64,000 nt of DNA from an uncultured Candidatus Saccharibacteria bacterium (lineage in GTDB: Bacteria; Patescibacteriota; Andersenbacteria; UBA10190): assembly GCA_964371255.1 (NCBI GenBank), contig CAYJKV010000002.1, positions 66,553 to 130,552 of the forward strand, given 5' to 3'. Positions within the stretch are counted from its first letter, which is position 1, and every line of letters begins with the position of its first letter. The position numbers and the translations under genes were made by a program. The notes beneath the pieces are model-generated. The model was not told where the DNA came from. It searched no databases and saw nothing but the letters and a program-made list of their open reading frames with translations. This document shows positions 48,383-58,059 of this stretch, in pieces.

Positions 48383-49995
48383 AAACTATGGACTCATCAA
48401 CCAGCCAAGCATCTGAATTCGCTCAAACTGCCACGTCAGCCGGCATGATTGGCCTGGCTGCTTTTGCTGGTTCTCTGGTGGGGTTCTTTTTGCAGCTGTT
48501 AGTGGCCTATTATTTTGGTGCTTCTAATCAGACTGACGCGTACTTTATGGCCCTCTCCACTTCGGAGCTTTTATCCAAACTGCTTCTCGGCGGATCAATC
48601 ACGGCTGTCTTCCTGCCCATGTTTATTAGCCGCCTCGCGCAAGGCAAGGCGCAAGCCGCTTGGCACATGGCTCTTAATTTGCTTCACCTGACACTCGTTG
48701 CGTTCGTTATTTTGTTAGCCTGCCTAGCCTTTTTTGCGGATCCTTTCGTCTCCTTCATCTCCCCTGGTTTTGATGCCGCAACGCATGAATTAACAACCCG
48801 TTTGTTATTAGTATTATTGCCGTCCTTTGCCGTTCTGTACTTGGTGGAATTGACTACTTCCATGCTTCAAGCGCTACATCATTTTTTTGTGCCGGCGCTG
48901 CTGCGCATTGTTTCCCCTGTTGTTTCTATCCTAACCATCCTGGCCTTAGTCAAATCGATTGGTATTTATGCGCTGGCATTAGGTGTAGTCATTGGTGCCT
49001 TCATCCAGCTATTCATGCTCCTCTCTACGCTTCGTCGGCAGGGTTTCTCGTATTCTTTTGTTTTTCAGCCCTTTGACCCGGCTATTAAGCGTCTTATTTA
49101 TCTGACCTATCCTTTCCTGTTATCCGTGCTTATTACTCAAGGTGCCGGCATTACCTACCGTATTCTTGTCTCCGACTTAGCCTCGGGCAGTTTAGCCGCC
49201 ATTAAATTTGCAGAAAAAATTACGCAATTATTAACGATCATCTTTTTAAACTCAGTTACTATGGTTATTTATCCGATCCTGTCTGCCAAGGCTGCTCAGC
49301 ATGACTGGTTGGGCATGCGCGATACTATCGCCAGTAGTATTCGCCTTATTTTCTTTGTCACAGTCCCGGTGATTACGGGTGTCGCCCTTCTTCGTCTTCC
49401 CTTGATCTCATTTATTTATCAACGGGGATCATTTTCTGCCTCCGACGCAGCGATGACCAGTGTGGCTTTGCTCTTTCTCGCGATCGGATTGACCACCAAT
49501 GGTATTAGTTCGGTCCTCGGTCACGCCACCTTAGCCTTGCAGGAAACTAGGGCAGCGGTCGCTGTTAGTATCGCGTCGCAAGCAGTGGCCATCTCGTTGT
49601 TCGTGCTATTGGTGCCCAAGTTGGCGCACGCCGGTCTGGCCCTAGCTTCTTCCTTGGTACCTCTCGCGATTGCTCTATTATATTTCCTTTATTTAACTCG
49701 TTTCCTCCCCCATTTGTCCTCTATCTTTATTCATTCCACCTATATTAAGACGATTGTTCTAACCCTGCTCATGGGAACACTTGTGTTCCTGATTAGCCCC
49801 TGGACAATGTTGATCACGGACACCCGGCCGGTCTCACTCTTCCTTCAGCTTGCTGTGCCCGCACTCCTCGGTGCTGCTTTCTTCATAACGGCCGCTTATC
49901 TTTGGCGTATACCTGAATTAATTCAGTTGCTGTCCATTGTTCGCCTGCGCTCTTCAAAACTAACACTGCTTTTCCGCCGGTCGTCGGCCGATTAA
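48379..49995 (+). CDS. MurJ/MviN-family lipid-linked oligosaccharide flippase
   Basis: 538 aa with 14 TM helices and the MurJ N-terminal signature YYFGASNQTDAYFMALSTSELLSKLLLGGSITAVFLPMF (the FGAS..DAF.......R.....G...AAF.P motif). Confidence 0.7.
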   Translation: MKTMDSSTSQASEFAQTATSAGMIGLAAFAGSLVGFFLQLLVAYYFGASNQTDAYFMALSTSELLSKLLLGGSITAVFLPMFISRLAQGKAQAAWHMALNLLHLTLVAFVILLACLAFFADPFVSFISPGFDAATHELTTRLLLVLLPSFAVLYLVELTTSMLQALHHFFVPALLRIVSPVVSILTILALVKSIGIYALALGVVIGAFIQLFMLLSTLRRQGFSYSFVFQPFDPAIKRLIYLTYPFLLSVLITQGAGITYRILVSDLASGSLAAIKFAEKITQLLTIIFLNSVTMVIYPILSAKAAQHDWLGMRDTIASSIRLIFFVTVPVITGVALLRLPLISFIYQRGSFSASDAAMTSVALLFLAIGLTTNGISSVLGHATLALQETRAAVAVSIASQAVAISLFVLLVPKLAHAGLALASSLVPLAIALLYFLYLTRFLPHLSSIFIHSTYIKTIVLTLLMGTLVFLISPWTMLITDTRPVSLFLQLAVPALLGAAFFITAAYLWRIPELIQLLSIVRLRSSKLTLLFRRSSAD

Positions 49996-50012
49996 TCTTA
50001 ATTTATAATCTT

Positions 50013-51101
50013 ATGTCATTCGCCGTCGTTGAATATTCCAGCAAATCGGGCGACATTTGGCGTCATACACCAGAGCGGCCTAATTATTTATGCGATCCCG
50101 CCCGGGTCATGGATCCAACAAGTTTTGGCTGTTATGTTTCTGCGCTGTCGGGGGAACACATCCCGCTGACAAAAATTATTAATGCTTCCCGCTTTCTTAA
50201 TCGCGTCCACAGAAAACTCCATGGTGCCTGGCCGACCAACTATTCATTGGATTACTTCACCAAGTTTGATCGCCTGTTAGTCGTCTATGAAGCAGCGAAT
50301 AGTCGTACTTTATCCACTTTTATCCACCGCCTGCAGCGAGAATTACCAAACCTCAAGATCCTGGGCGTTCCCACGCAACCTTATGGTTTGTTGCGTTTAC
50401 AGTGGCAGATTGAACCGCAGATTAAACTTGACCTGCAAGAGTTTATCAATAGTTGCGATATTTTTATTTCTATCGTTAAAAGCACGACCGACCTCTGGCA
50501 AAGTTTTACAACGCACCCGGTCCATTATTTACCTCAGCCGTATCCGGTCGAGCACGCGCTGCGTAATTGGCAACCCCGGTCAAGCAAACAGCCAATTATT
50601 TTTGTCTCTGGTGTGACCGCGCGGCCCAATATTCAGCTCGGCCACGAGGTTGCCTCAGCCTTGCAGCAACAATTCCCTGACCACATTATTCATGTCACTA
50701 ATACGCCTGATGCGCCGCTTGATTCAACTCATCTTCAAGGTCTGAAATACGAGGTTAAGCCCTTCTTGTCTTGGTCTGATCATCTGAGATATTTATCAAC
50801 TGTTAAATTAGTTATCAATACCGACTTTACGCAAACTAGAGGCCGCGTCCAAATGGATTGCGCGGCTGTCGGCACCCCATCAGTGGGAGCGGATTCCGAT
50901 GCTCAGCTGGACCTCTGGCCACATGGCGCTGCGGCACCTGACACACCCGTTAAGACGATTATCAAATCCGCTAGCCGTCTTTTGTCGGATAGCCACGTCT
51001 ACGAAGAGTGGGTGAAGTTTGCCCGGTCAAGACTGCCGTTTTATAACTATGCGCACAGTGCAGACCGCATGAATAGTTTATACTCGTTAATTAAAAAATA
51101 G
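50013..51101 (+). CDS. hypothetical protein, possibly a divergent GT-B-fold glycosyltransferase
   Basis: 362 aa. Weak similarity only (RVQMDCAAVGTPSVGADSD resembles the GT4 EX7E region). Confidence 0.35.
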   Translation: MSFAVVEYSSKSGDIWRHTPERPNYLCDPARVMDPTSFGCYVSALSGEHIPLTKIINASRFLNRVHRKLHGAWPTNYSLDYFTKFDRLLVVYEAANSRTLSTFIHRLQRELPNLKILGVPTQPYGLLRLQWQIEPQIKLDLQEFINSCDIFISIVKSTTDLWQSFTTHPVHYLPQPYPVEHALRNWQPRSSKQPIIFVSGVTARPNIQLGHEVASALQQQFPDHIIHVTNTPDAPLDSTHLQGLKYEVKPFLSWSDHLRYLSTVKLVINTDFTQTRGRVQMDCAAVGTPSVGADSDAQLDLWPHGAAAPDTPVKTIIKSASRLLSDSHVYEEWVKFARSRLPFYNYAHSADRMNSLYSLIKK

Positions 51102-51111
51102 CGCAACCTTT

Positions 51112-52209
51112 ATGTCTAAAGCTGCCTCGGAGCGATCATCTATCCTCACCCCTAAATTCTTAGTCCGTCATCTCGGCAATATGGGTGATATGATTTTTAT
51201 TGTTCCGCCTGTCTTGGCTGCTCTCAAGACCGACTACCCGGGCTGCCACATTACCCTGGTCACGTCATGGGGATACAAACAGCCATCACGCTGGCCGTTT
51301 TCTCAAACAACCTGGTGGGGTGAACGCAACCAAAGCGGTCACAGCCTGCATTTAATAATGACCAACCCACATATCGATCAATTAATTCATTGGCATGACC
51401 GGCGGCTCTCTTTATCTGGAACTATTTGTCATGAAGATGATCGCTCTTTTCCCACTTGGAATAAGTCTTATTATGAGGAGCAAGTGCGCAGCGGGCGCTT
51501 TGATCGCGTCATTGAATTGGATTTTGGTTTGTCCGTGACAGACAATCCTCTGACGCGCGCCTACGCCCAAGCTGGCCTCACTGGCGCTCGTCCGATCGAC
51601 TACCACCTGTATCTTACCGCCTCCGATCGTCAAATTGGCGAAGCTGTCATGTCCAATTTTCCCCGTCCGCGTATTGTCTTATTGGAGAGTCTAAGCCACC
51701 ATTCCACTCGCGGTTGGGATCCGGCTAAAGTGATTGCCTTGTCGTCGGCTATCACTGAAAAATATGGCGTTGAGCCGATTTGGTTCGGTTCCAAGTACCA
51801 TCATTATTATCATGGCCGTCCGCTTTCACTGCGCGAGAATATTGCTACTTTAACCGTCTGTGATGTGGGTATCGGAGTTTTATCCGGCCCGCTTCATTTC
51901 GCCGCTGCCGCCGGTCTGCCGACGCTGACGCTATACTGCGACCACCCGCTTCGCCGCGCGGCGCCAGCTTACTTTCAAAACCCCTCCTTGCCTCCTTCCA
52001 CCGTCCAACATCGCACCCTTCTGGGTCCGCATAAGATGCCAATGAGAATTTTGAAAGGGGATCGTGATTCGCTTTGCTTAACCCCAACCGAATTAGCTGC
52101 TCAAAATTTTATTAATTGGTCAAATCCAGGCAAGCAATCCACCAAGAGCTGCTTATCTGTTATTACTGTCGATGAAATCATGACCGTCCTTTCAGATATG
52201 CTAAAATAA
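51112..52209 (+). CDS. glycosyltransferase family 9 (heptosyltransferase-like)
   Basis: 365 aa with the N-terminal GT9 motif MGDMIFIVPPVLAALKTDYPGCHITLVTS and the C-terminal LSGPLHFAAAAGLPTLTLY. Confidence 0.65.
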   Translation: MSKAASERSSILTPKFLVRHLGNMGDMIFIVPPVLAALKTDYPGCHITLVTSWGYKQPSRWPFSQTTWWGERNQSGHSLHLIMTNPHIDQLIHWHDRRLSLSGTICHEDDRSFPTWNKSYYEEQVRSGRFDRVIELDFGLSVTDNPLTRAYAQAGLTGARPIDYHLYLTASDRQIGEAVMSNFPRPRIVLLESLSHHSTRGWDPAKVIALSSAITEKYGVEPIWFGSKYHHYYHGRPLSLRENIATLTVCDVGIGVLSGPLHFAAAAGLPTLTLYCDHPLRRAAPAYFQNPSLPPSTVQHRTLLGPHKMPMRILKGDRDSLCLTPTELAAQNFINWSNPGKQSTKSCLSVITVDEIMTVLSDMLK

Positions 52210-52285
52210 CCCCCTTGCCCCTCTTTACTACCTGTCATAATTTACATATAGATCTCACCTAATTTATTCTTCCATAAATATATAT

Positions 52286-53014
52286 ATGTCACCGCCAAAG
52301 ACAGCTCACGCCAACTCCATCTGGGTTATTATTCCTACGTATAATGAGAAACTAAATATCGGCCGTTTGGTCGCGGATATTTTTTCGCTGCCATTCGCTG
52401 ACCTTTCCGTTCTCATTGTGGATGATAATTCGCCTGACGGTACCGGCTCTTTGATCACTCAGCTACAAAACAAATACCCCCGGCTGTTTCTGCTCTCGCG
52501 TCCCGTCAAAAATGGCTTGGGCCGCGCATATGTTGATGGTTTTTCTTACGCCATTGGCCAGGGTGCCACGGCCATTGTTCAGATGGATGCCGACTTCTCT
52601 CACAACCCCGCCGACATTCCCCGCCTGCTTTCGTCTCTTGATCAGCATGATGTGGTTGTTGGTTCACGCTATGCTCATGGTATTAGCGTCATAAATTGGC
52701 CTCTGCGCCGGCTGCTGCTGAGTACCGGCGCTAACATTTATGCTGGTTTTATTACTGGCATGCCTTTTAAGGACTGTACAGGTGGCTTTCGGGCTTGGCG
52801 TGTCCATGTCTTAAAACAAATTAATTTCTCCGATGTGAAGGTTGACGGCTATGGGTTTCAGATTATTATGCTCTATCGCGCCTGGCGTCAACACAGTCGT
52901 ATCACGGAGATACCCATCATTTTCACTGAGCGGCGGGAAGGTCAGTCTAAAATGAGTCGGACTATTATTGCCGAAGCTATGCTTTTGGTTTGGAAATTGC
53001 GTCTTTTTGGTTAA
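52286..53014 (+). CDS. GT2 polyprenyl-phosphate mannosyl/glycosyl transferase (Dpm1/Ppm1-like)
   Basis: 242 aa with IWVIIPTYNEKLNI...LIVDDNSPDGT...GLGRAYVDG...QMDADFSHNP. Confidence 0.85.
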   Translation: MSPPKTAHANSIWVIIPTYNEKLNIGRLVADIFSLPFADLSVLIVDDNSPDGTGSLITQLQNKYPRLFLLSRPVKNGLGRAYVDGFSYAIGQGATAIVQMDADFSHNPADIPRLLSSLDQHDVVVGSRYAHGISVINWPLRRLLLSTGANIYAGFITGMPFKDCTGGFRAWRVHVLKQINFSDVKVDGYGFQIIMLYRAWRQHSRITEIPIIFTERREGQSKMSRTIIAEAMLLVWKLRLFG

Positions 53015-53036
53015 GCACCACTGACTCTATCGTTTC

Positions 53037-55283
53037 GTGAACCCATTACCGGCCAAGTCAATCACTCAGGCTTTCCCCCTTCTCTTCCTTTTGCTGATAA
53101 TCACTGCCGCGTTTTTTCCCTTGTTTATCGGTCGTTTTTATGCCATTGGTGACATCCGTGAGGTCTATATTCCGCTGGAATATTTTTTTCATAATCAGAT
53201 ATTAGCTGGGCACTTGCCTGCCTGGCTCGCCGACGCGGCCTGGGGGTTTCCGGTTATCGCCTCAGCGCAAATCGGTTTCTTCTACCCACCCTTACTCCTG
53301 CTGCGTTACCTGCCGCCCGCCATCTATTTGTCATTTCTGCTATTAATCCATTTTTTGTGGTTCGCCTTGGGTGCGTATCTTTTTTATCGGCGCTTTGTGT
53401 CATCAGCTGCTGCCGCGCTTGGCGCCCTGTCTTTATCTTTAGGCGGATTCGTAACCTTGCATCTGACGCATCTTAATATCATTTTTTCCCTAGCTTGGTT
53501 GCCTTGGCAGTTCCTGGTCATCTATTTACTCCGCCGTTCCCTGAGTACACGATCGGTGCTGAGTTTATCAGTCTTATTGGCGCTACCCTTTCTAGTCGGG
53601 CAGATCCAAGTTCCGCTTTTAATGTTTCTAGCCGCCAGTGCCTGGCTCCTTTATCTGCGTCATCGCCATCAATTATTATGGCGCCGCTCATTGCTCATTC
53701 TCGCCGCCCTTGTTATTTTGATGATTTTTATCAGTGCTGTTCAGCTTTTGCCGACCTATGAACTCATGCAGCAATCTACTCGGGATCTCTCTTCCACGTC
53801 CTTTGATCTGACTCGCGCTAATCAGCATAGTTTTCCCCTTTATCACTTGCCAACGGTTCTGTTTCCTCGGTTTTTTGCCAATGATAACCTCTATTGGGGC
53901 CGGCGTCTCCAAATCGAATATGGTTTGTACTTTGGTACGTTCCCTTTATTAGCGGCTTTTGTCTGTCTTTTCCGTCGTCGCTTCCATCAAGCGGTTTATG
54001 CCGACCCTCTTCCCCGTGTCGTACCCTTCTTTGCGGTTTTGTTAATCTTATCGTTCCTTTTCGCCCTCGGCTCCCTGTCACCTTTTCGCCTGATAAAAAT
54101 TGAACCATCATTATGGGTCTTTTCCGCGCCGGCTCGCTGGCTGCTGCTGACCAGTTTTTCTTTGTCGTTTTTTTCCGCTGTCGGCGCCGATCGTTTTTTT
54201 CGCGATCCTGCCCCCTGGCTACCTCTTATTCGTCGCTGCGTCATCGCTCTTTATGGCTTTGTCTTGCTGAGCCAATTTGCCCTTTGGCTGCTTATCAAAA
54301 CGGTGCCCGCCTGGCTTTATCCTGGGTTATCAGTTACTCATCAGGATAAAATCGCCTCGCTTTTAAATAGTGCTTTTCATTCCGGCCTAAGCTTACTTTC
54401 TCCTTATACTTATTTACCCTTGCTCGTGATCCTGATCTTCGCCTTGCGTTTTGTCCTCCGGCATCCGGCCCGGTGGGCTCTGTCGCTGACCGCTCTAGAA
54501 TTATTCATCCTCTTTATTACCACCACCCCGACCGTACCCTGGCGTGATATAACATCGCCGCCTGCTTCCTTAGCTGCCCTGCCTGAGGTTATCCGAACAG
54601 GACAAGCGCGCTTATATTCTATTCGTGACGGTGGCGATACCGGCGCCTATTTTACTGATCCTTCATCCCGCGCCAACGCCGCCATTCGTCAGCAGCAACG
54701 AGAATTACTCATACCCCTGATTCATACCCAATTTAACTTAGCCGGTATTGAATGGCCGGCCTCACTTGATTTATCAAATCATTCCGCCATTTTTTCCCAT
54801 CTTCGCGCCAATGACAGCTATCAATTAACGAATGCCGTTTTATCAAAAGAACTAAATATCGGCGCTGTCCTGACTTACAGCGGCCAATCAGCCCAAATTG
54901 AGGCTTTGGATTTCTCGCCTCGATTGGAAATAATTTCGCCGCAGAATATTTCCTCTCCTTTGCCCTATCCTTACTCGCCGGACGGCTCGTTTTCTATTGA
55001 CCTGCATGTCACCGAACCTTCGCGCCTGGTCGTCCGCGACTCTTTTTATCCTGGTTGGCGTGCTACTATTGATGAAAAACCAACACCGATCACCGCTTAC
55101 CGGGATATCTTCCGCCAGATTGCTCTTCCCGTTGGCCGTCACCACGTCTCTTTTTCCTACCGTCCTGTCTATTTATATGCCGGTATTATCATCTCGGCAC
55201 TGACCGCCAGCCTCATTCTGATTTATGTCTTGATTACTTACACCCATGATCGCCGATCCATCAACCTAACAGACAATCTATGA
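53037..55283 (+). CDS. large polytopic membrane protein (GT-C / YfhO-like candidate glycosyltransferase)
   Basis: 748 aa with about 14 TM helices across the first ~500 aa, a soluble domain and a terminal TM. It lies immediately downstream of a Dpm1-like GT2 gene. Confidence 0.45.
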   Translation: MNPLPAKSITQAFPLLFLLLIITAAFFPLFIGRFYAIGDIREVYIPLEYFFHNQILAGHLPAWLADAAWGFPVIASAQIGFFYPPLLLLRYLPPAIYLSFLLLIHFLWFALGAYLFYRRFVSSAAAALGALSLSLGGFVTLHLTHLNIIFSLAWLPWQFLVIYLLRRSLSTRSVLSLSVLLALPFLVGQIQVPLLMFLAASAWLLYLRHRHQLLWRRSLLILAALVILMIFISAVQLLPTYELMQQSTRDLSSTSFDLTRANQHSFPLYHLPTVLFPRFFANDNLYWGRRLQIEYGLYFGTFPLLAAFVCLFRRRFHQAVYADPLPRVVPFFAVLLILSFLFALGSLSPFRLIKIEPSLWVFSAPARWLLLTSFSLSFFSAVGADRFFRDPAPWLPLIRRCVIALYGFVLLSQFALWLLIKTVPAWLYPGLSVTHQDKIASLLNSAFHSGLSLLSPYTYLPLLVILIFALRFVLRHPARWALSLTALELFILFITTTPTVPWRDITSPPASLAALPEVIRTGQARLYSIRDGGDTGAYFTDPSSRANAAIRQQQRELLIPLIHTQFNLAGIEWPASLDLSNHSAIFSHLRANDSYQLTNAVLSKELNIGAVLTYSGQSAQIEALDFSPRLEIISPQNISSPLPYPYSPDGSFSIDLHVTEPSRLVVRDSFYPGWRATIDEKPTPITAYRDIFRQIALPVGRHHVSFSYRPVYLYAGIIISALTASLILIYVLITYTHDRRSINLTDNL

Positions 55284-56488
55284 AACTACTTATCTCAGTA
55301 CCAAGCGGTTATCATGCGCGTGAAATATTGCTCCCCTTGCAAACGCTATTAACAGCGGACAGCGCCATTGAGGCCGTTTATGTCATCACGCCGGCTGCCC
55401 CTTGGCAGACGGAACTTTTCCCTGGTTTTTCCGCTAAATTTTCCTGGCATACCAATCCTGCTACAACCTCAGGTCACGACGCCCTTCTCACCACGCTTAA
55501 ACCAGACCTAGTCTTAACCCCCACGATGGGTTTGGACCTGAAGGATACGCCTATTATTATATCTGCTCGTCAGTTTAACATTCCTACCCTCACCTTCATT
55601 TCCAGCTGGGATAATGTTTTCAAAATTTCGCGTCTCATGCAACGGGGTTATGCCAAGCATGTAAAAAATCACACGACCCCATATGCCATGCCTGATTACT
55701 TTGCCGTCTGGAACCAGCTCAACGCCGATCATCTCTTTCGCCTCTTCCCCTCCCTGCACCCGGCGCAAGTGGTTATAACCGGGCCGCCTCGTTTCGACTA
55801 CTTCTCCCATACTGACCGCATCCCGGCTAAGGCAGATTTATTTGCCTATCTTAATATCACTGCCGACCCCTCTGACACTAGCCTCATCCATTGTGCCACG
55901 ACCGAGCTCTACCCGTTAAATTACGTGATTAAACGTATCCATCAGGCCGCCCTGCGGCATCAATTAACTGGCCCGGTTAGTTTGTATGCTTCCGTTCATC
56001 CCGGCGGTGACATATCGAAACATTCTTACCAAAAATACGGCGCGTCCGTCCGCTACTCATTTGGTCGCCGTGCCGTCTCTCCTCATCCCGACTTTATTTA
56101 TCTACCCACTGTCCAGGAAATATATTTATTAGTCGCGTTGTTCCAGCATTCGTCCTTATTAATTAACCAGTCATCTACCGTCGCTATCGAATCGATGCGG
56201 GCTAATAGACCAGTCATCAATGTGATGTACGGCCGCGCTTTTGACTGGTGGCGTTGGCGGCGCTCCATGGTCTATCGCGACTTTCAGCAGCATTATCGAT
56301 ATATTACCAACAACCATGGCACTACCCTCGTCAAGCATTCACGATCTCTAATACCGGCCATCAATGACTATTTAACAAGGCCGACGCTGCATAGCCATGA
56401 ACGCCGCATTACTGCCCAGAAATTAATCACTTACACGGATGGTAGTTCAGCTCGTCGGCTAATTGATCTGGCTAAGTCCATTGTTTGA
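55280..56488 (+). CDS. hypothetical protein (possibly a GT-B-like or glycerophosphotransferase-like fold)
   Basis: 402 aa. No confident motif. Confidence 0.35.
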   Translation: MKLLISVPSGYHAREILLPLQTLLTADSAIEAVYVITPAAPWQTELFPGFSAKFSWHTNPATTSGHDALLTTLKPDLVLTPTMGLDLKDTPIIISARQFNIPTLTFISSWDNVFKISRLMQRGYAKHVKNHTTPYAMPDYFAVWNQLNADHLFRLFPSLHPAQVVITGPPRFDYFSHTDRIPAKADLFAYLNITADPSDTSLIHCATTELYPLNYVIKRIHQAALRHQLTGPVSLYASVHPGGDISKHSYQKYGASVRYSFGRRAVSPHPDFIYLPTVQEIYLLVALFQHSSLLINQSSTVAIESMRANRPVINVMYGRAFDWWRWRRSMVYRDFQQHYRYITNNHGTTLVKHSRSLIPAINDYLTRPTLHSHERRITAQKLITYTDGSSARRLIDLAKSIV

Positions 56489-56535
56489 CAGTGACGCGTA
56501 TTAGTTCTTTAATGATTGCTCTATAGCTATTTTTT

Positions 56536-57399
56536 ATGAAATTTCATTATATCTCACATCCGCGCCGCAATCCGACAATTACCGCCTCCCTACGCCAAGC
56601 TTGCCGCCGCCGGGGAGTTGAATTTGTGCTGGTTAATCCCTTCCATTTTGACTTCACGGATCCAGAGTCTTTACCCCGGTCGGGTGATGCTGTTTACCGC
56701 TCATTAGCCAGGACGGCTGGCAACGGTTTATCCAGAACCGTTGAACGATGGCTCCTCCACGAACAAGTCGCTACTTTTTATACCTCTTATGAACGAGCCC
56801 TTAGTCAATGGCCTCAATCTTATGTTATTCACGCCAAGCATGGTTTGCCTCAGCCGCTCACTGTCTGGAACGTGCCGCGCGACCGTCAGTTGATTGATCG
56901 TTATGTCGATTTTGTGCAAGGCTACCCGGTCATCATTAAAATCACCGGCGGCAGCCATGGCGTCGGGGTTTTAAAAGCGGACTCCGCGTCTTCCCTTTAT
57001 TCAATCATTGATTATCTCCATGGCATCAACACTCCCGCCATCATCCGCCAGTTTATACATGCCAGACATTCAGCGCGCTTGATTGTCTTGGGTGATAAAG
57101 TGGTCGCCAGTATTGAATATAGCGCTCCCGAACATGATTTTCGTACGAATATTGGCCGTCACCCCATCGTTAAACCCAAGGAATTTCCCGCCGCTATCAA
57201 ACGCCTAGCCGTGCAGGCAGTCTCAACCATGGGTAACCAATTTGGGGGCGTAGATATTTTGATCGATTCAAACGGCCGGCCCTACATCACCGAGATGAAT
57301 TTCCCCTGTAATTTTGCCCGCGCTGCCAACGCTACTAATATCGACATCGCCGGACTGATGATCGATTTCTTAATATCCAAATCTTTACCTCATGTTTAA
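56536..57399 (+). CDS. ATP-grasp ligase (RimK / D-Ala-D-Ala-ligase-like fold)
   Basis: 287 aa with YPVIIKITGGSHGVGVL, ARLIVLGDKVVASIEYSAPEHDFRTNIG and GGVDILIDSNGRPYITEMNF, which map onto the ATP-grasp B-loop and Mg-binding motifs. Confidence 0.7.
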   Translation: MKFHYISHPRRNPTITASLRQACRRRGVEFVLVNPFHFDFTDPESLPRSGDAVYRSLARTAGNGLSRTVERWLLHEQVATFYTSYERALSQWPQSYVIHAKHGLPQPLTVWNVPRDRQLIDRYVDFVQGYPVIIKITGGSHGVGVLKADSASSLYSIIDYLHGINTPAIIRQFIHARHSARLIVLGDKVVASIEYSAPEHDFRTNIGRHPIVKPKEFPAAIKRLAVQAVSTMGNQFGGVDILIDSNGRPYITEMNFPCNFARAANATNIDIAGLMIDFLISKSLPHV

Positions 57400-58051
57400 G
57401 CGCGGTTATATATCAATAGTCTTTGATGATGGCTATGAAGCAGTCTATCAAAATGCCCTGCCGGCCTTGCGCCGCTTTAACCTGCCAGCAGTTTTTGCCT
57501 TGCCGCTAAACGGGGAAAAACTAGCAAAAACAGAACGTCGCGCCGTTCGTCCTTGGACCCAATGGCTGTCGCTTGTGCGGGAGGGTCATGAGATCGCTTC
57601 GCATTCTGTCAACCATCTGAACCTGACTCGTTTGTCTGCCGCTGAACTGAATCTTGAGCTAACCGAATCTGCGCAAAAACTCAACGCCGTAACTTTAGTC
57701 TATCCAGGCGGTGCGGTTAATGATGACGTCGCCCAAGCAGCCTCGCAATATTATCAAGCCGGCCGCACCGTTCATTATGGTTTTGAAACGGTCCCCCCCC
57801 AAGAACCGATGCGACTGCGCTCATACAATTTTTCCCGCCGTAATTTCACTGTCTGGAAGGCTAATCTGTTAGCCCTGTGGGCGTATTTAAGCGATAGCTG
57901 GTTAATTGAAACCTACCATCTGGTCGATGACTTAGATCAAATAACCGTTCATAACGTTCCCACCAAAGACTTTGTTCGCCACCTCTCTTTTATTAAGCGC
58001 CTGCCTGTCCGGGTGCAAACTATTAAAGATATTATTAATTTATCTAAATAG
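57392..58051 (+). CDS. polysaccharide deacetylase (NodB homology domain, CE4)
   Basis: 219 aa with SIVFDDGYEAV (Asp-Asp metal/catalytic motif) and EIASHSVNH (His motif). Contains a C8 homopolymer at 57793..57800. Confidence 0.75.
   Translation: MFKRGYISIVFDDGYEAVYQNALPALRRFNLPAVFALPLNGEKLAKTERRAVRPWTQWLSLVREGHEIASHSVNHLNLTRLSAAELNLELTESAQKLNAVTLVYPGGAVNDDVAQAASQYYQAGRTVHYGFETVPPQEPMRLRSYNFSRRNFTVWKANLLALWAYLSDSWLIETYHLVDDLDQITVHNVPTKDFVRHLSFIKRLPVRVQTIKDIINLSK
57793..57800 (+). repeat. poly-C(8) homopolymeric tract inside the CE4 deacetylase CDS
   Basis: Seen directly: gtCCCCCCCCaag, encoding VPPQ. The only 8-nt G/C homopolymer I noticed in the window. Confidence 0.9.
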
Positions 58052-58059
58052 CTGCCGAC

